64,000 nucleotides of DNA from Caecitellus pseudoparvulus (taxonomy: Eukaryota > Protista > Bigyra: Bicosoecida). This document shows, in pieces, positions 11,016 through 19,755 of this stretch. Within the stretch, counting starts at the first letter, position 1. Each line of letters starts with the position of its first letter. The stretch covers positions 434,001 to 498,000 of the forward strand of contig CBFFRQ010000032.1 in NCBI GenBank assembly GCA_965644315.1, in the 5' to 3' direction. The notes below the pieces were generated by a model, which was not told the DNA's origin, made no database searches, and saw nothing but the letters and a program-made list of their open reading frames with translations. A program made the position numbers and the translations under genes.

Positions 11016-14000
11016 TCAGCTGTGGTGGGCGGTGAGCCACTGGCACAGCTGGTCCTTGGAGGCGTCCAGGAAAGCCACGTGTGCGTTGATGGCTTCCAGG
11101 GCCTCCTCCACTTCGATTTCCGCCGCCGGCACGGGGAAGGCGTCGAAGCGCTCTTGCACGGCAGTGGCCATGGGGGCGGTCACGAAGTGCGACGCGACGC
11201 CGTTGACGAGGTTGGAGATGGCGAAGCCGCCCTGCCCGTAGCGGTCCATGAAGGTCTGGAAGTTGTCCTTGAAGAACTGCCACGCCAGCTGCCGCCCGCC
11301 AGGGTTGCCTGCCACAGCCGTGACGATGCTGACACTGTCCTGCGCACGCACGTCGTCGCTGAGGGCGAAGTCCAGGGTGGCCTGCAGCAGGCCGGAGTCC
11401 TGGGCATCTGCCATGGCGTAGGAGGCCTGCTTGCGCAGGGTGGCGTCGTTGGGGTTCGCAATGTACAGCGCCTTCATGGCATCCCACGCTTCACGCCCAG
11501 GCTTGTTGGCCACAGCGGCCGAGAAGGCCACTGCCCGCGTGTCTGCGGTGAGGACACTCGTGTTGCCAGCCATGTACGCGTCGTAGCGGGCCAGGGCCTC
11601 TGAGACAGCTGACGGCACGCCGTGGTCCACAGCGGCCTGCAGCACGAGGGTGCGGAGGAGGGTGCGGATGGGCGCCTCAGGCCCAGATCCAGGGGCCACC
11701 TCCCACCCCACGGCAGCGGTGATGGCCGTCAGCGTATCCGCGGCATAGTTGTGCGCTGCCTGCAGGCACTGGCCGTCGGCGCCAGTCGGCCCACCAGGCT
11801 CGTCCCCGTGCAGGAGGGAGGTGAGGGAGGCGAAGAGGGAGACGCCCGGGCGCCAGGCGGTCCAGGAGTCCTCGAAGCGCCAGGCGGCGGCGAAGCGCAG
11901 GAGGAGGGTCGCGTTCACCCCTGCGTCCGTCCCCATGGCGCCGGGCGTGCCGGACATGACAATGGCAGTGAGGTCGTTCAGGAGGTTGCTGCGGTCGTTC
12001 GCGTTGAGTTGGGTCGCGGCGCCAGGGTTGCTGGTCAGGTACTGGAGCTGGGCCTCCCACACACCAGAGGGGTAGTTCACTCGGTAGTACCCAGCAGCGT
12101 CGGCGTTGGCCTTCAGCCACTTGCCGCCCGCCAGGGGGATGTCGCTGTCCAGAGTGCGCCCTGCGAATGCCGCACGCTGCACGTCGGCTGCTCCCTGCAC
12201 GGTGTACGTGAAGGGCACCCACCACGTCGTGTCCAGGGTGCCTTCCTCCTCTGCCTCAGAGCGGCTGTATGCGCCGCGCAGGAAGCGCTGCTGAGTGGCT
12301 TGCAGGCCCGTGCCAGTTTCGTTCCACGCCAGGGATACCACGGGGTATCCAACCTGGTTCACCCACCCCTGCATGTTCGCCTGGAGATCGTCGTCCCCTG
12401 CTGCCTCTCCCAGTGCCGCCCACAAGTCGTCAGGGGAGGCGTTGCCAAAGGCATGCTCATCCAGGTAGTTCGCGATGCCGTTGTTGAAGGTGTCGTCGCC
12501 CAGGTAGGACGCGACCATGCTGATGACGCTGGCCCCCTTGGAGTACGAAATGCCATCGAACATCTCCTCGATCTGGGCGGGCGTCGTGACCTCCGACCGT
12601 GTGAGGGCGTGGGATGCGGCGTTGGCGTCCACTGCCAGGGCTGTCTGCGGGTCCGTCGGCACAAATTGGTTCAGCATCTGGAACGACGGGTTGAAGTGGT
12701 CCGCCCCGCGGTACTCTGTGAAAGTGGCAAAGCCCTCATTGAGCCAGAGGCTGGACCACCAGTCCATGGTGACGAGGTCCCCGAACCATTGGTGGGCCAG
12801 CTCGTGCGCCACCACCACGGCGATGCGCTGCAGCTGGGACTGCGCGGAAGTGCTGACGTTCCCCAGCATGGCGCTCTCACGGTACGTGATGAGGCCCCAG
12901 TTCTCCATGGCCCCAGCGGCAAAGTCGGGGATGGCCAGCATGTCTTGCTTGGGCAGGGGGAAGGGCACTTGGAAGCGCTCTTCGTAATACGGCAGGATGT
13001 CCGCCAGCGCCGCCAGGGAGTAGCCGAGTTGGTCTTGGAAGCCTTCGCGGGACCAGGCGCCCAGCTCCACTGGACCGCGGTCGGCCGTCGCAGGCAGTGT
13101 TGTGGACTTGTGGATGAGGCGCCCGGCGGCCAGTGCCACGAGGTAGCTGGACATGCGCACAGAGGACTGGAAGTCCCAGCGGAAAGTGCCGTCGGAGGCG
13201 TTCTGGGGGGGGGACGCCAGGGGCATGTTGGCGAGGGCTGTGAAGCCTGCCGGCACGCCCGTGATGGAGATGCTGAAGTTGGCCTTGAACGCAGGCTCGT
13301 CGAAGCAAGGGAAGGCACGGCGAGCGTAGGTGGCCTCAAACTGAGTCACGATCATGGGCACAGTCTCGTTGTCCTGCTCGTATGTGGACAGGTACAGCCC
13401 GGCGTTGTTGCGTCCCAGGGCGCCAGAGTAGTGAATGAGCAAGGTCACGGAGGCGCCCTTGCGTGCTGAGTGCGGCAGCTTCACGATGAACTGGTCATGC
13501 TCAGACACCATTGTCACGGGCAGGTCCTTGTCGCTGAAGTCCTCACCCTGCCACGCGTAGCGCACGCTGTCAATCTGCAGCTCGTGCTGGTTCAGAACGA
13601 TGCACTCTGCAGTGTCTGTGGCAGTCAGCTGCACAGTCACAGCGCCATTAAAGTTGAAGGGTTCCTGGAATTGAGGAGCCACGCCCCAGTGGTAGGACTC
13701 GGGGCGCCACACTGTCGGCAGCCGGTAGCTGTTCCACTTGCACAGGGGGTCCTTGTTCGCCTTCCCGTGCTTGGTGCCGAACACGATGCCGGCAGCGATG
13801 CCGCCGCCCACCTGCAGGAGTGGCGGGGAGCGGGGTGGGGGGTGTTGTGGGGATTGCTTGCCCTGCGCCAGTGCGGCGTTCAGCTCGTGTCACATGGATG
13901 CCACACGCACCACCATGATGCCACCGATGAGCATGGCGACCTTCCATGGCGTCCAGAAGCCCTTGGCAGCAACACCGCCACCGCCTGAAGTCGCCACGTA

Positions 14001-14221
14001 ACCCTCGCCAGCAGTTGCACCGTACTGCTGGGAGGCTGGCACGCCTTGGCTGCTGCTTGGGCCTTCCAGAGGTTCACTGTACACACAGCACCGGAGCAGC
14101 GACGAGTGAACGTGAGCCACAAGTACGCGTCATGTGGCTGTGAAAGCACGTACGTGTCCAGGCGTTCCCTGCCTTCGGAGCCGCCGTCCACGAGGGACGT
14201 GCGTTCTTGTCGCCCGGACAT
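11016..14221 (-). CDS. M1-family zinc aminopeptidase N, type II membrane-anchored; exons 14221-14154, 14076-13911, 13811-11016 (~1,009 aa)
   Basis: 'TQFEATYARRAFPCFDEP', 'AGAMENWGLITYRE', 'HELAHQWFG...LWLNEGFA', 'FDGISYSKG', ERAP1-like C-terminal domain. The N-terminal TM 'VAMLIGGIMV/VGGGIAAGIVFG' is assembled across an intron. Confidence 0.95.
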
Positions 14222-14446
14222 GGTGCGGACTTTGGGGCACCCCGGGGCACACTGCGGCACGCGCCGGGCCAAGAGACCAAGGTACTGGGGGCGTAGCAGA
14301 CCACTGAGGTGCCTGCTGGAGTGCGAAGGTTGTGTATTGCGGACTGAGGGCAAGTTGCGCGCGCCCTGGCATGCTACCGCTACAGCCTGGCCTGCAGCTT
14401 GCCATCGAGCTCACTGTGGCGGTGGTTCTGAAGCACTGAGGGCGCC

Positions 14447-15181
14447 TCACCTGCCCACGTCGGGCACGCAGGTTGCAGCAACGGGGGCGGCAGTCGAGCT
14501 GCCTGGCTCTGCCAAGGGTTCCACTGCTGCAGCAGGCGTTGCGTGGCTGCCCGAAAGTGCCTTGACGATGGCCGTGTGATCCTGAGCCGCGGCATGCTGC
14601 ACGGCGGTGAGGCCATTGCCAGCATCCGGCACTTCTGGACAAGCCCCCACACCTAGGAGCGCCTCCACAATGGCCGTGTGGCCTTTGAGAGCTGCACGAG
14701 AGAGGGCAGTCCACCCCATGTCTGCCTGCGCGTTCACGGTGGCGCCGGCCTCCACCAGCGTCTCCACGAGGGACAGCTGCCCAGCGCTGCTGGCGTACAT
14801 GATGGGAGTCCAGCCGTCCTGATCGAGGGCAGCGGGCACGTGAGTGTAGGCGCGGCTGAGCAGTGCAAGGCGCATGGGAGTGCCTCGCACCTTGTCCGCC
14901 GCATCTACGTCAGCTTTGTGTGCGATGAGCAGATCCAGCATGGGCTTGGGCCCCGTGCCAGCGCAGGCAATGTGCAACGCTGTCATGCCATGCTCGTTGC
15001 TGTGATTCACGTCTGCCAGTCGCAAGGATGTGGCGCCCAGCGCATGCCATGTCGCCGTGCAAAGTGGCGTGTTGGGCGAGCAAAATCCGCACGCACCTGC
15101 TCCACCTCGAATGGCGGCCTCAGCATCAGGCACCTCCTGCACCATGGCTGCCATGAGCAAATCTCCGTTCCAGTCCTCCAT
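14447..15181 (-). CDS. Small ankyrin-repeat protein (~4 repeats); probable introns 15096-15013 and 14890-14819; 3' end uncertain
   Basis: Repeats 'GMTALHIAC', 'GWTPIMYAS', 'GWTALSRAA', 'GLTAVQHAA', with 'GADVN'-type linkers restored by removing two in-frame GT-AG introns (84 and 72 nt). The stop lies in CAG|GTGAG, a possible further donor. Confidence 0.85.
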   Translation of the reverse strand: MEDWNGDLLMAAMVQEVPDAEAAIRGGAGACGFCSPNTPLCTATWHALGATSLRLADVNHSNEHGMTALHIACAGTGPKPMLDLLIAHKADVDAADKVRGTPMRLALLSRAYTHVPAALDQDGWTPIMYASSAGQLSLVETLVEAGATVNAQADMGWTALSRAALKGHTAIVEALLGVGACPEVPDAGNGLTAVQHAAAQDHTAIVKALSGSHATPAAAVEPLAEPGSSTAAPVAATCVPDVGR

Positions 15182-15285
15182 GGCGCTTCACTGAATGCGC
15201 ACGCCACAATCAGTGTCGGGTCATGCACGCATGCTGAATCAAGTGGATTGTGAACCGAGCCTCGCTTCGCTCCAGCTCGCAGGTT

Positions 15286-17811
15286 CTATTGTTTCGAGGC
15301 AGGGCGGCGCTTCTTGCCCTTGGACTTGCGGCGGCGACGACGCTTCTTGGTCTTCTTCGACTGTGGTCCCTCCTCAGGCCCCGCACCTGTGGCGTCCGGG
15401 CCCAGCATGCGCCAGTTCACGACGCTCCGCTCCGGCACGAAGAAGTACGATGCAGCGGGGGACAGCGACTTGCGAGCCGCTGTGGAGGTGAAGACGCCAA
15501 CGGCGATGTCGTGGGGCAGGGCATCGGCAGGGTCCACGACAGAGCGGAACATGCGCGGCGTGCGGGTGTTCCACTTGCGCAGCTGAGCGGAGAGTGCAGC
15601 CGCTTCACCGGGCGCATCCACCGCGACGCCGCCCTCCACGCCCAGCTCTGTCACCTGGGGTGCGACAGCAAACAGCATCTCCGCCAGGGCGTCGTCCCGC
15701 AACCAGGCATAGCTGCCACCGTCTCCGCCGCGTGGGGCCGTCGTGTTGGCTCCGGCCGGCAACTGGGCCCATGGGTCGCAGGCCTTGGCCACAGCTGCCT
15801 GGACGAACGCCTCGCCACCAACGCCCAGCAGTGGTCGCAGGGCAGCACGCAGGGTCTTCACGCAGCCCCTGTCATCCTCGTCGTCTTCCTCAGACCGACC
15901 CGTGATGTAGGCACGCGGGGAGAGGATGCCTGCTGCGACGGCGTCCCTCCACGCCTTCTGCCGCCCACCCCGCCCGATGGCGAGGTCCGCTTCGCTGGAG
16001 AAGTGCTGCTCGTGCAGCTCCTTGGCGCCCGAGTTTGCCATGGTGTTCATCTCCGACTGCTTCAAGTATCCACGTGGCAGGGACCCCAGGAAGGCCAGCG
16101 ACTCGGCGTCCTCCCCGCTGTGCTCGTTCAGCAGCACCAGGGCGCCGGGATCGGAGGCAGCAGCGAACCACTTGAGGTCATGTGCGACGGTGGACCGCGA
16201 GTCGGACGCATCCAGGAACACCAGGTCACAAGGCGTCATGTGGGGGGGCGGGTCGTCCATACCTGTCGCGTTGACGATGTACTCAGCAAACTGCGGCAGG
16301 GATGTGCGAGTGTGCCCTGGCACGGTCGCGTGGCGCTTGTCAAACCACTCGGACAGCAGCCCTGACACGGTGCGCATGGAGTCCAGGATGCCGACGTCAA
16401 AAGACGTCACGTACACGCTGGGGTGGGACATGAGGAAGGCCAGGGCAGAGTGCCCCGCGCCCAGCCCTGTCTGGCACACGTGGAAGGTCTTGCGGCGTGG
16501 GATGGCAGCGGCGGGGGCTGCAGCGTCTTGCGGCAGCACCAGCACACCATCCACCACCGCGTGCATGAGGCGCGTGATGAAGTCCACCTTGTGCGGGAAC
16601 AAGCCAATGTGCGCCTCGCCCCCCGCCGACCGCATGGCCGCCAGCCACGTATCCAGCTTGCGCCCCATGTACGCCCACTGCCGCACGGCGGGGGACCAGC
16701 CGATGCCGAAGGCAGCGTCCACGCCGCCGACGCCTTGCAGCGCGTCCCGGCGCCGCCTGTGGGTCTCGCGGCGCATGGCAGCGCTGCAGATCTTCTTCCC
16801 CAGGCGCTCGTTCAGGGTGCTGGTGCGGGAGCCGTCCGCCGCTGGAGCCTGCATGCGGCACAGCTGATGCGCGACGTCTTCGCTGGTGATGCCGCCGTTG
16901 AACTTCACCTCCGCAGCCGCCTCGCCGGCCAGGAAGCCAGGCCCGGGCGTCTCTTCCTTGGGCGGCTGCCCCGCCGCGATGCGCTCCTCCTTGTCGGCGT
17001 CCATGACAGCCGTGGCGCCGGGCACGGTGCGGTTGTACAAGTACGGTGCCAGGTGCACGGCACAGTCAGTGAGGGGCGTGACGGGGACATCTTCCATGAC
17101 TGGCACGCCCTTGGGGGGGTCAGGCCGCTTGCCCTCTGGCCAGCGGTCCTTGCTGCCCAGCGTGGGCAGGTCTGCCGGGAACAGCCGTGCCATGTGCAGG
17201 CACGTGTCTGTGCAGGTGAAGTTGTACCCGGGCTGGGAGTGCTCGTCATCCAGCGGCACGGCGGTGCCTGCTTCCGACTGCGCCACCTTCGCCGCCACCA
17301 CAGGCTTGCACATGTCTGCCAGGCGCTTGCACACCGCCTCTGCCTCTGTGAAGGATTCCATTACCATGCTGCGGATGATGTCGCCCTCCTGACGCTTGCT
17401 GCCGCCTGTCACGGCCAGGCCGTGGAGGTACGCCGCATGGGTCAGCAGCTGCTTGCGGAAGAGGAAGGGGCAGCCCTGTGTGTAGCCAAATGTGTACGCG
17501 TTGTCTGGGTGGGCCATGCTGCGGTACAGGGAGGCGTTGCGCAGGCTGTCCCGAGCAGCGATGGGCGGCGGCAGGTGGGGTGGCCCACCGCTCTCCTCCC
17601 CAGCCACGAAGCGCGAGGCAGGCTCGGACCCTGCAAGGTGTTCCAACTTGCCCGCTTTCAGAGCGCCGTCGGCACCCATGGACACCTCCAAGCGCGCGGC
17701 GGGCTCCCCCTGCGCCCTAGGCGTGTTGGTCGAAGGATCGTCGCTTGCGATGCAGCTTCGCGGCAGCAACAGCACGCCGGCCAACAGTGCCGGCAGCAGC
17801 GCGGTTCGCAT
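15286..17811 (-). CDS. Secreted/lumenal protein with a class I SAM-methyltransferase-like domain (Methyltransf_24-like) and a polybasic C-terminus (~841 aa)
   Basis: ATG at 17811 starts a signal peptide (MRTALLPALLAGVLLLPRSCIA). Motif I-like 'VCQTGLGAGHSALAFL', then 'VTSFD', 'GHTRTSLP', 'CDLVFLDAS', 'GALVLLNE'. The ORF-track extension to 18651 is antisense to the PiT gene. Confidence 0.65.
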   Translation of the reverse strand: MRTALLPALLAGVLLLPRSCIASDDPSTNTPRAQGEPAARLEVSMGADGALKAGKLEHLAGSEPASRFVAGEESGGPPHLPPPIAARDSLRNASLYRSMAHPDNAYTFGYTQGCPFLFRKQLLTHAAYLHGLAVTGGSKRQEGDIIRSMVMESFTEAEAVCKRLADMCKPVVAAKVAQSEAGTAVPLDDEHSQPGYNFTCTDTCLHMARLFPADLPTLGSKDRWPEGKRPDPPKGVPVMEDVPVTPLTDCAVHLAPYLYNRTVPGATAVMDADKEERIAAGQPPKEETPGPGFLAGEAAAEVKFNGGITSEDVAHQLCRMQAPAADGSRTSTLNERLGKKICSAAMRRETHRRRRDALQGVGGVDAAFGIGWSPAVRQWAYMGRKLDTWLAAMRSAGGEAHIGLFPHKVDFITRLMHAVVDGVLVLPQDAAAPAAAIPRRKTFHVCQTGLGAGHSALAFLMSHPSVYVTSFDVGILDSMRTVSGLLSEWFDKRHATVPGHTRTSLPQFAEYIVNATGMDDPPPHMTPCDLVFLDASDSRSTVAHDLKWFAAASDPGALVLLNEHSGEDAESLAFLGSLPRGYLKQSEMNTMANSGAKELHEQHFSSEADLAIGRGGRQKAWRDAVAAGILSPRAYITGRSEEDDEDDRGCVKTLRAALRPLLGVGGEAFVQAAVAKACDPWAQLPAGANTTAPRGGDGGSYAWLRDDALAEMLFAVAPQVTELGVEGGVAVDAPGEAAALSAQLRKWNTRTPRMFRSVVDPADALPHDIAVGVFTSTAARKSLSPAASYFFVPERSVVNWRMLGPDATGAGPEEGPQSKKTKKRRRRRKSKGKKRRPASKQ

Positions 17812-17823
17812 GGTGGCAGGCGT

Positions 17824-17831
17824 GAAATGAG
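17824..17831 (-). promoter_or_regulatory. Putative initiator element (CTCATTTC) just upstream of the methyltransferase-like ATG
   Basis: Matches the YCATTYY-type Inr known from oomycetes. Similar CATTC/CATTY words sit upstream of the CSN3, ankyrin, PiT and cadherin starts. No TSS data. Confidence 0.3.
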
Positions 17832-18238
17832 TTGCAAAGGGGTGGCTTCCGGGACAGGGGCAGTCTCCCAGGGGTCCAAACGAGCCCAGAGACGGAGCGG
17901 CGCCGACCTGCCGTGCACGGAAGGCTGCTGGCAGCCAGGCGCGAAAGCCACGTGTACCGAGCAGGAGCGGGGCCGTCTCTGGGGCAGGGCAGGGGGGGAG
18001 GTCCGCGTTGCTGCCCTGAGGAGCCCTGACCAATTCCACGTGGCAATTCACCGAGACCGGCAGTTTTACTCGCCCCACCCCGACTGCCTGACAGTCGGCT
18101 GGCTGGCAGCAGTACCTGCCAGCGCTGCCCAATTTCCGCACTCCGTTCCCGGGCCGGTGCTCGGCCATTCCCTGCGCGGGGCAGTCTCCCAGCCGTGCAG
18201 CTGGAAGCGGAGTTAGTGTGAGAGCATTGGGTCTTGCC

Positions 18239-19711
18239 ATGGCCAGCGTGTTGGCTGCCCAAGCAGGTGGTGCTGAGGTCGGCAGCGCCGACGGCGCTAG
18301 CATCCTGCCCATCACCCTCACAGCCATGGGTGTGGCGTTTGCAATGGCAGTGGCCATCGGTGCCCAGGACGTCTCCAATGCCCTGGGCACCAGCGTCGGC
18401 AGCAAGGCCATCAGCGTCAAGCAAGCCGTCGTCATCGGCGCTGTGTGCGAGTTCCTGGGCAGCCTGGCGGGTGGCTCGGTGGCACACACCATCAGCCACG
18501 GCATCCTCCTGGACCACGGCATGTCTGTGGAGACTTTCCGGGGCGTCATGGCCAGCACCATGGCCGGCGCAGTGGTCTGGCTCTTCGTCGCGACGTGGCT
18601 GTCCCTGCCCGTGTCCACGACACACAGCCTCATCGGCAGCTTGGTGGGCATAGCCGTCTTCTGGCACGGCCTGGACTACGTGCGCTGGCCCACCATTGGC
18701 AAGACGGTGCTGTCCTGGGTCATCTCCCCTGCCATGGGCTGCCTCGTCGCCTGGGCGCTGTTCTTCTCCATCCGCTCCCTCGTGCTCAAGGCGGCAGACC
18801 CCGCCGCCGCAGTCAAGCGGTGGATGCCCTGGTACCAGGGTGGGACAGCAGGCCTGCTCGTGACATTCCTGTTCTTGCTCGGGCCTGAAGCCTACCGGGT
18901 GCAGCCCCTCGTCGCTGTCTTGGCTGGGCTCGTTGTCACGCTGCTGGGTGCAGGCGTTGCATCCCAGCTCAAGTCTGGCGCTGCTTCCATGTCACCTGGC
19001 GCCACCTCCCCCGTCTCCTCGCCCCTGCCTGGCCCTGACGCGGAGGAGGCTGCCCCACTGGTGACCAAGGGCGTGGGTCCGTCTGGCAGTGCGAACAGCG
19101 TCGCAGAGCGCGCCTTCCTGCCCCTCATGGTGGTCACGGCCTGCGTCGTGTCCTTCGCCCACGGCAGCAACGACATCTCCAACGCCGTGGGGCCCATGCT
19201 GGCCATCCTGCTCAGCGACCCGGCAGCAACAGCAGCCATCGGGTACGACCCTGACACCGACACAGGCGTGCCAGTGGCCGTGCTAGCGCTGGGCGGAGTC
19301 GGCATCGTGGTGGGGCTGGCGGTGTGGGGGCACAAGGTCATGGCGACAGTGGGCGAGAACATCACCAAGCTTACATTCAGCAGGGGCTACGCAGCCCAGG
19401 TGGGCACGGCCCTCACCGTCCTCATCGCGTCGGTGTCTGGCATCTCCGTGTCCACGACACACTGCCTCATCGGCGCCATCACAGGCGTCGCGCTCGCCGA
19501 CGGCGGCGGACTGCAGAGCATCAACCAGGCCACGCTGAAAAAGATCGCAGCTTCCTGGCTCATCACCATCCCTGCCGCCGCTTTCGCTGCCTGCCTCTGC
19601 CACTCCCTCCTCGTCTTCATCCTGGGAGACGCCGGTGCCCTGGCCGGGGACAGCCCCGCCGCCCCGCTGGCGCCAGCAGGCGGTGGCATCCAGCTGGACA
19701 CAACCATGTGA
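18239..19711 (+). CDS. PiT/PHO4-family inorganic phosphate transporter (~490 aa), no introns detected
   Basis: Inverted-repeat signatures 'IGAQDVSNALGTSVGS' and 'AHGSNDISNAVGP'; 'LPVSTTHSLIG' and 'ISVSTTHCLIG'; 'SWVISP'; 'VMATVGENITKL'. Confidence 0.95.
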   Translation: MASVLAAQAGGAEVGSADGASILPITLTAMGVAFAMAVAIGAQDVSNALGTSVGSKAISVKQAVVIGAVCEFLGSLAGGSVAHTISHGILLDHGMSVETFRGVMASTMAGAVVWLFVATWLSLPVSTTHSLIGSLVGIAVFWHGLDYVRWPTIGKTVLSWVISPAMGCLVAWALFFSIRSLVLKAADPAAAVKRWMPWYQGGTAGLLVTFLFLLGPEAYRVQPLVAVLAGLVVTLLGAGVASQLKSGAASMSPGATSPVSSPLPGPDAEEAAPLVTKGVGPSGSANSVAERAFLPLMVVTACVVSFAHGSNDISNAVGPMLAILLSDPAATAAIGYDPDTDTGVPVAVLALGGVGIVVGLAVWGHKVMATVGENITKLTFSRGYAAQVGTALTVLIASVSGISVSTTHCLIGAITGVALADGGGLQSINQATLKKIAASWLITIPAAAFAACLCHSLLVFILGDAGALAGDSPAAPLAPAGGGIQLDTTM

Positions 19712-19755
19712 AGTGCCGCCGCCGTGCGCGCCGTCAGCAATGCAGTGCTCGCCCA

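Noticed and set aside
17812-18651. N-terminal extension of the 1,121-aa minus-strand ORF
   Set aside because: Antisense to the PiT gene and its promoter; ATG 17811 begins a clean signal peptide.
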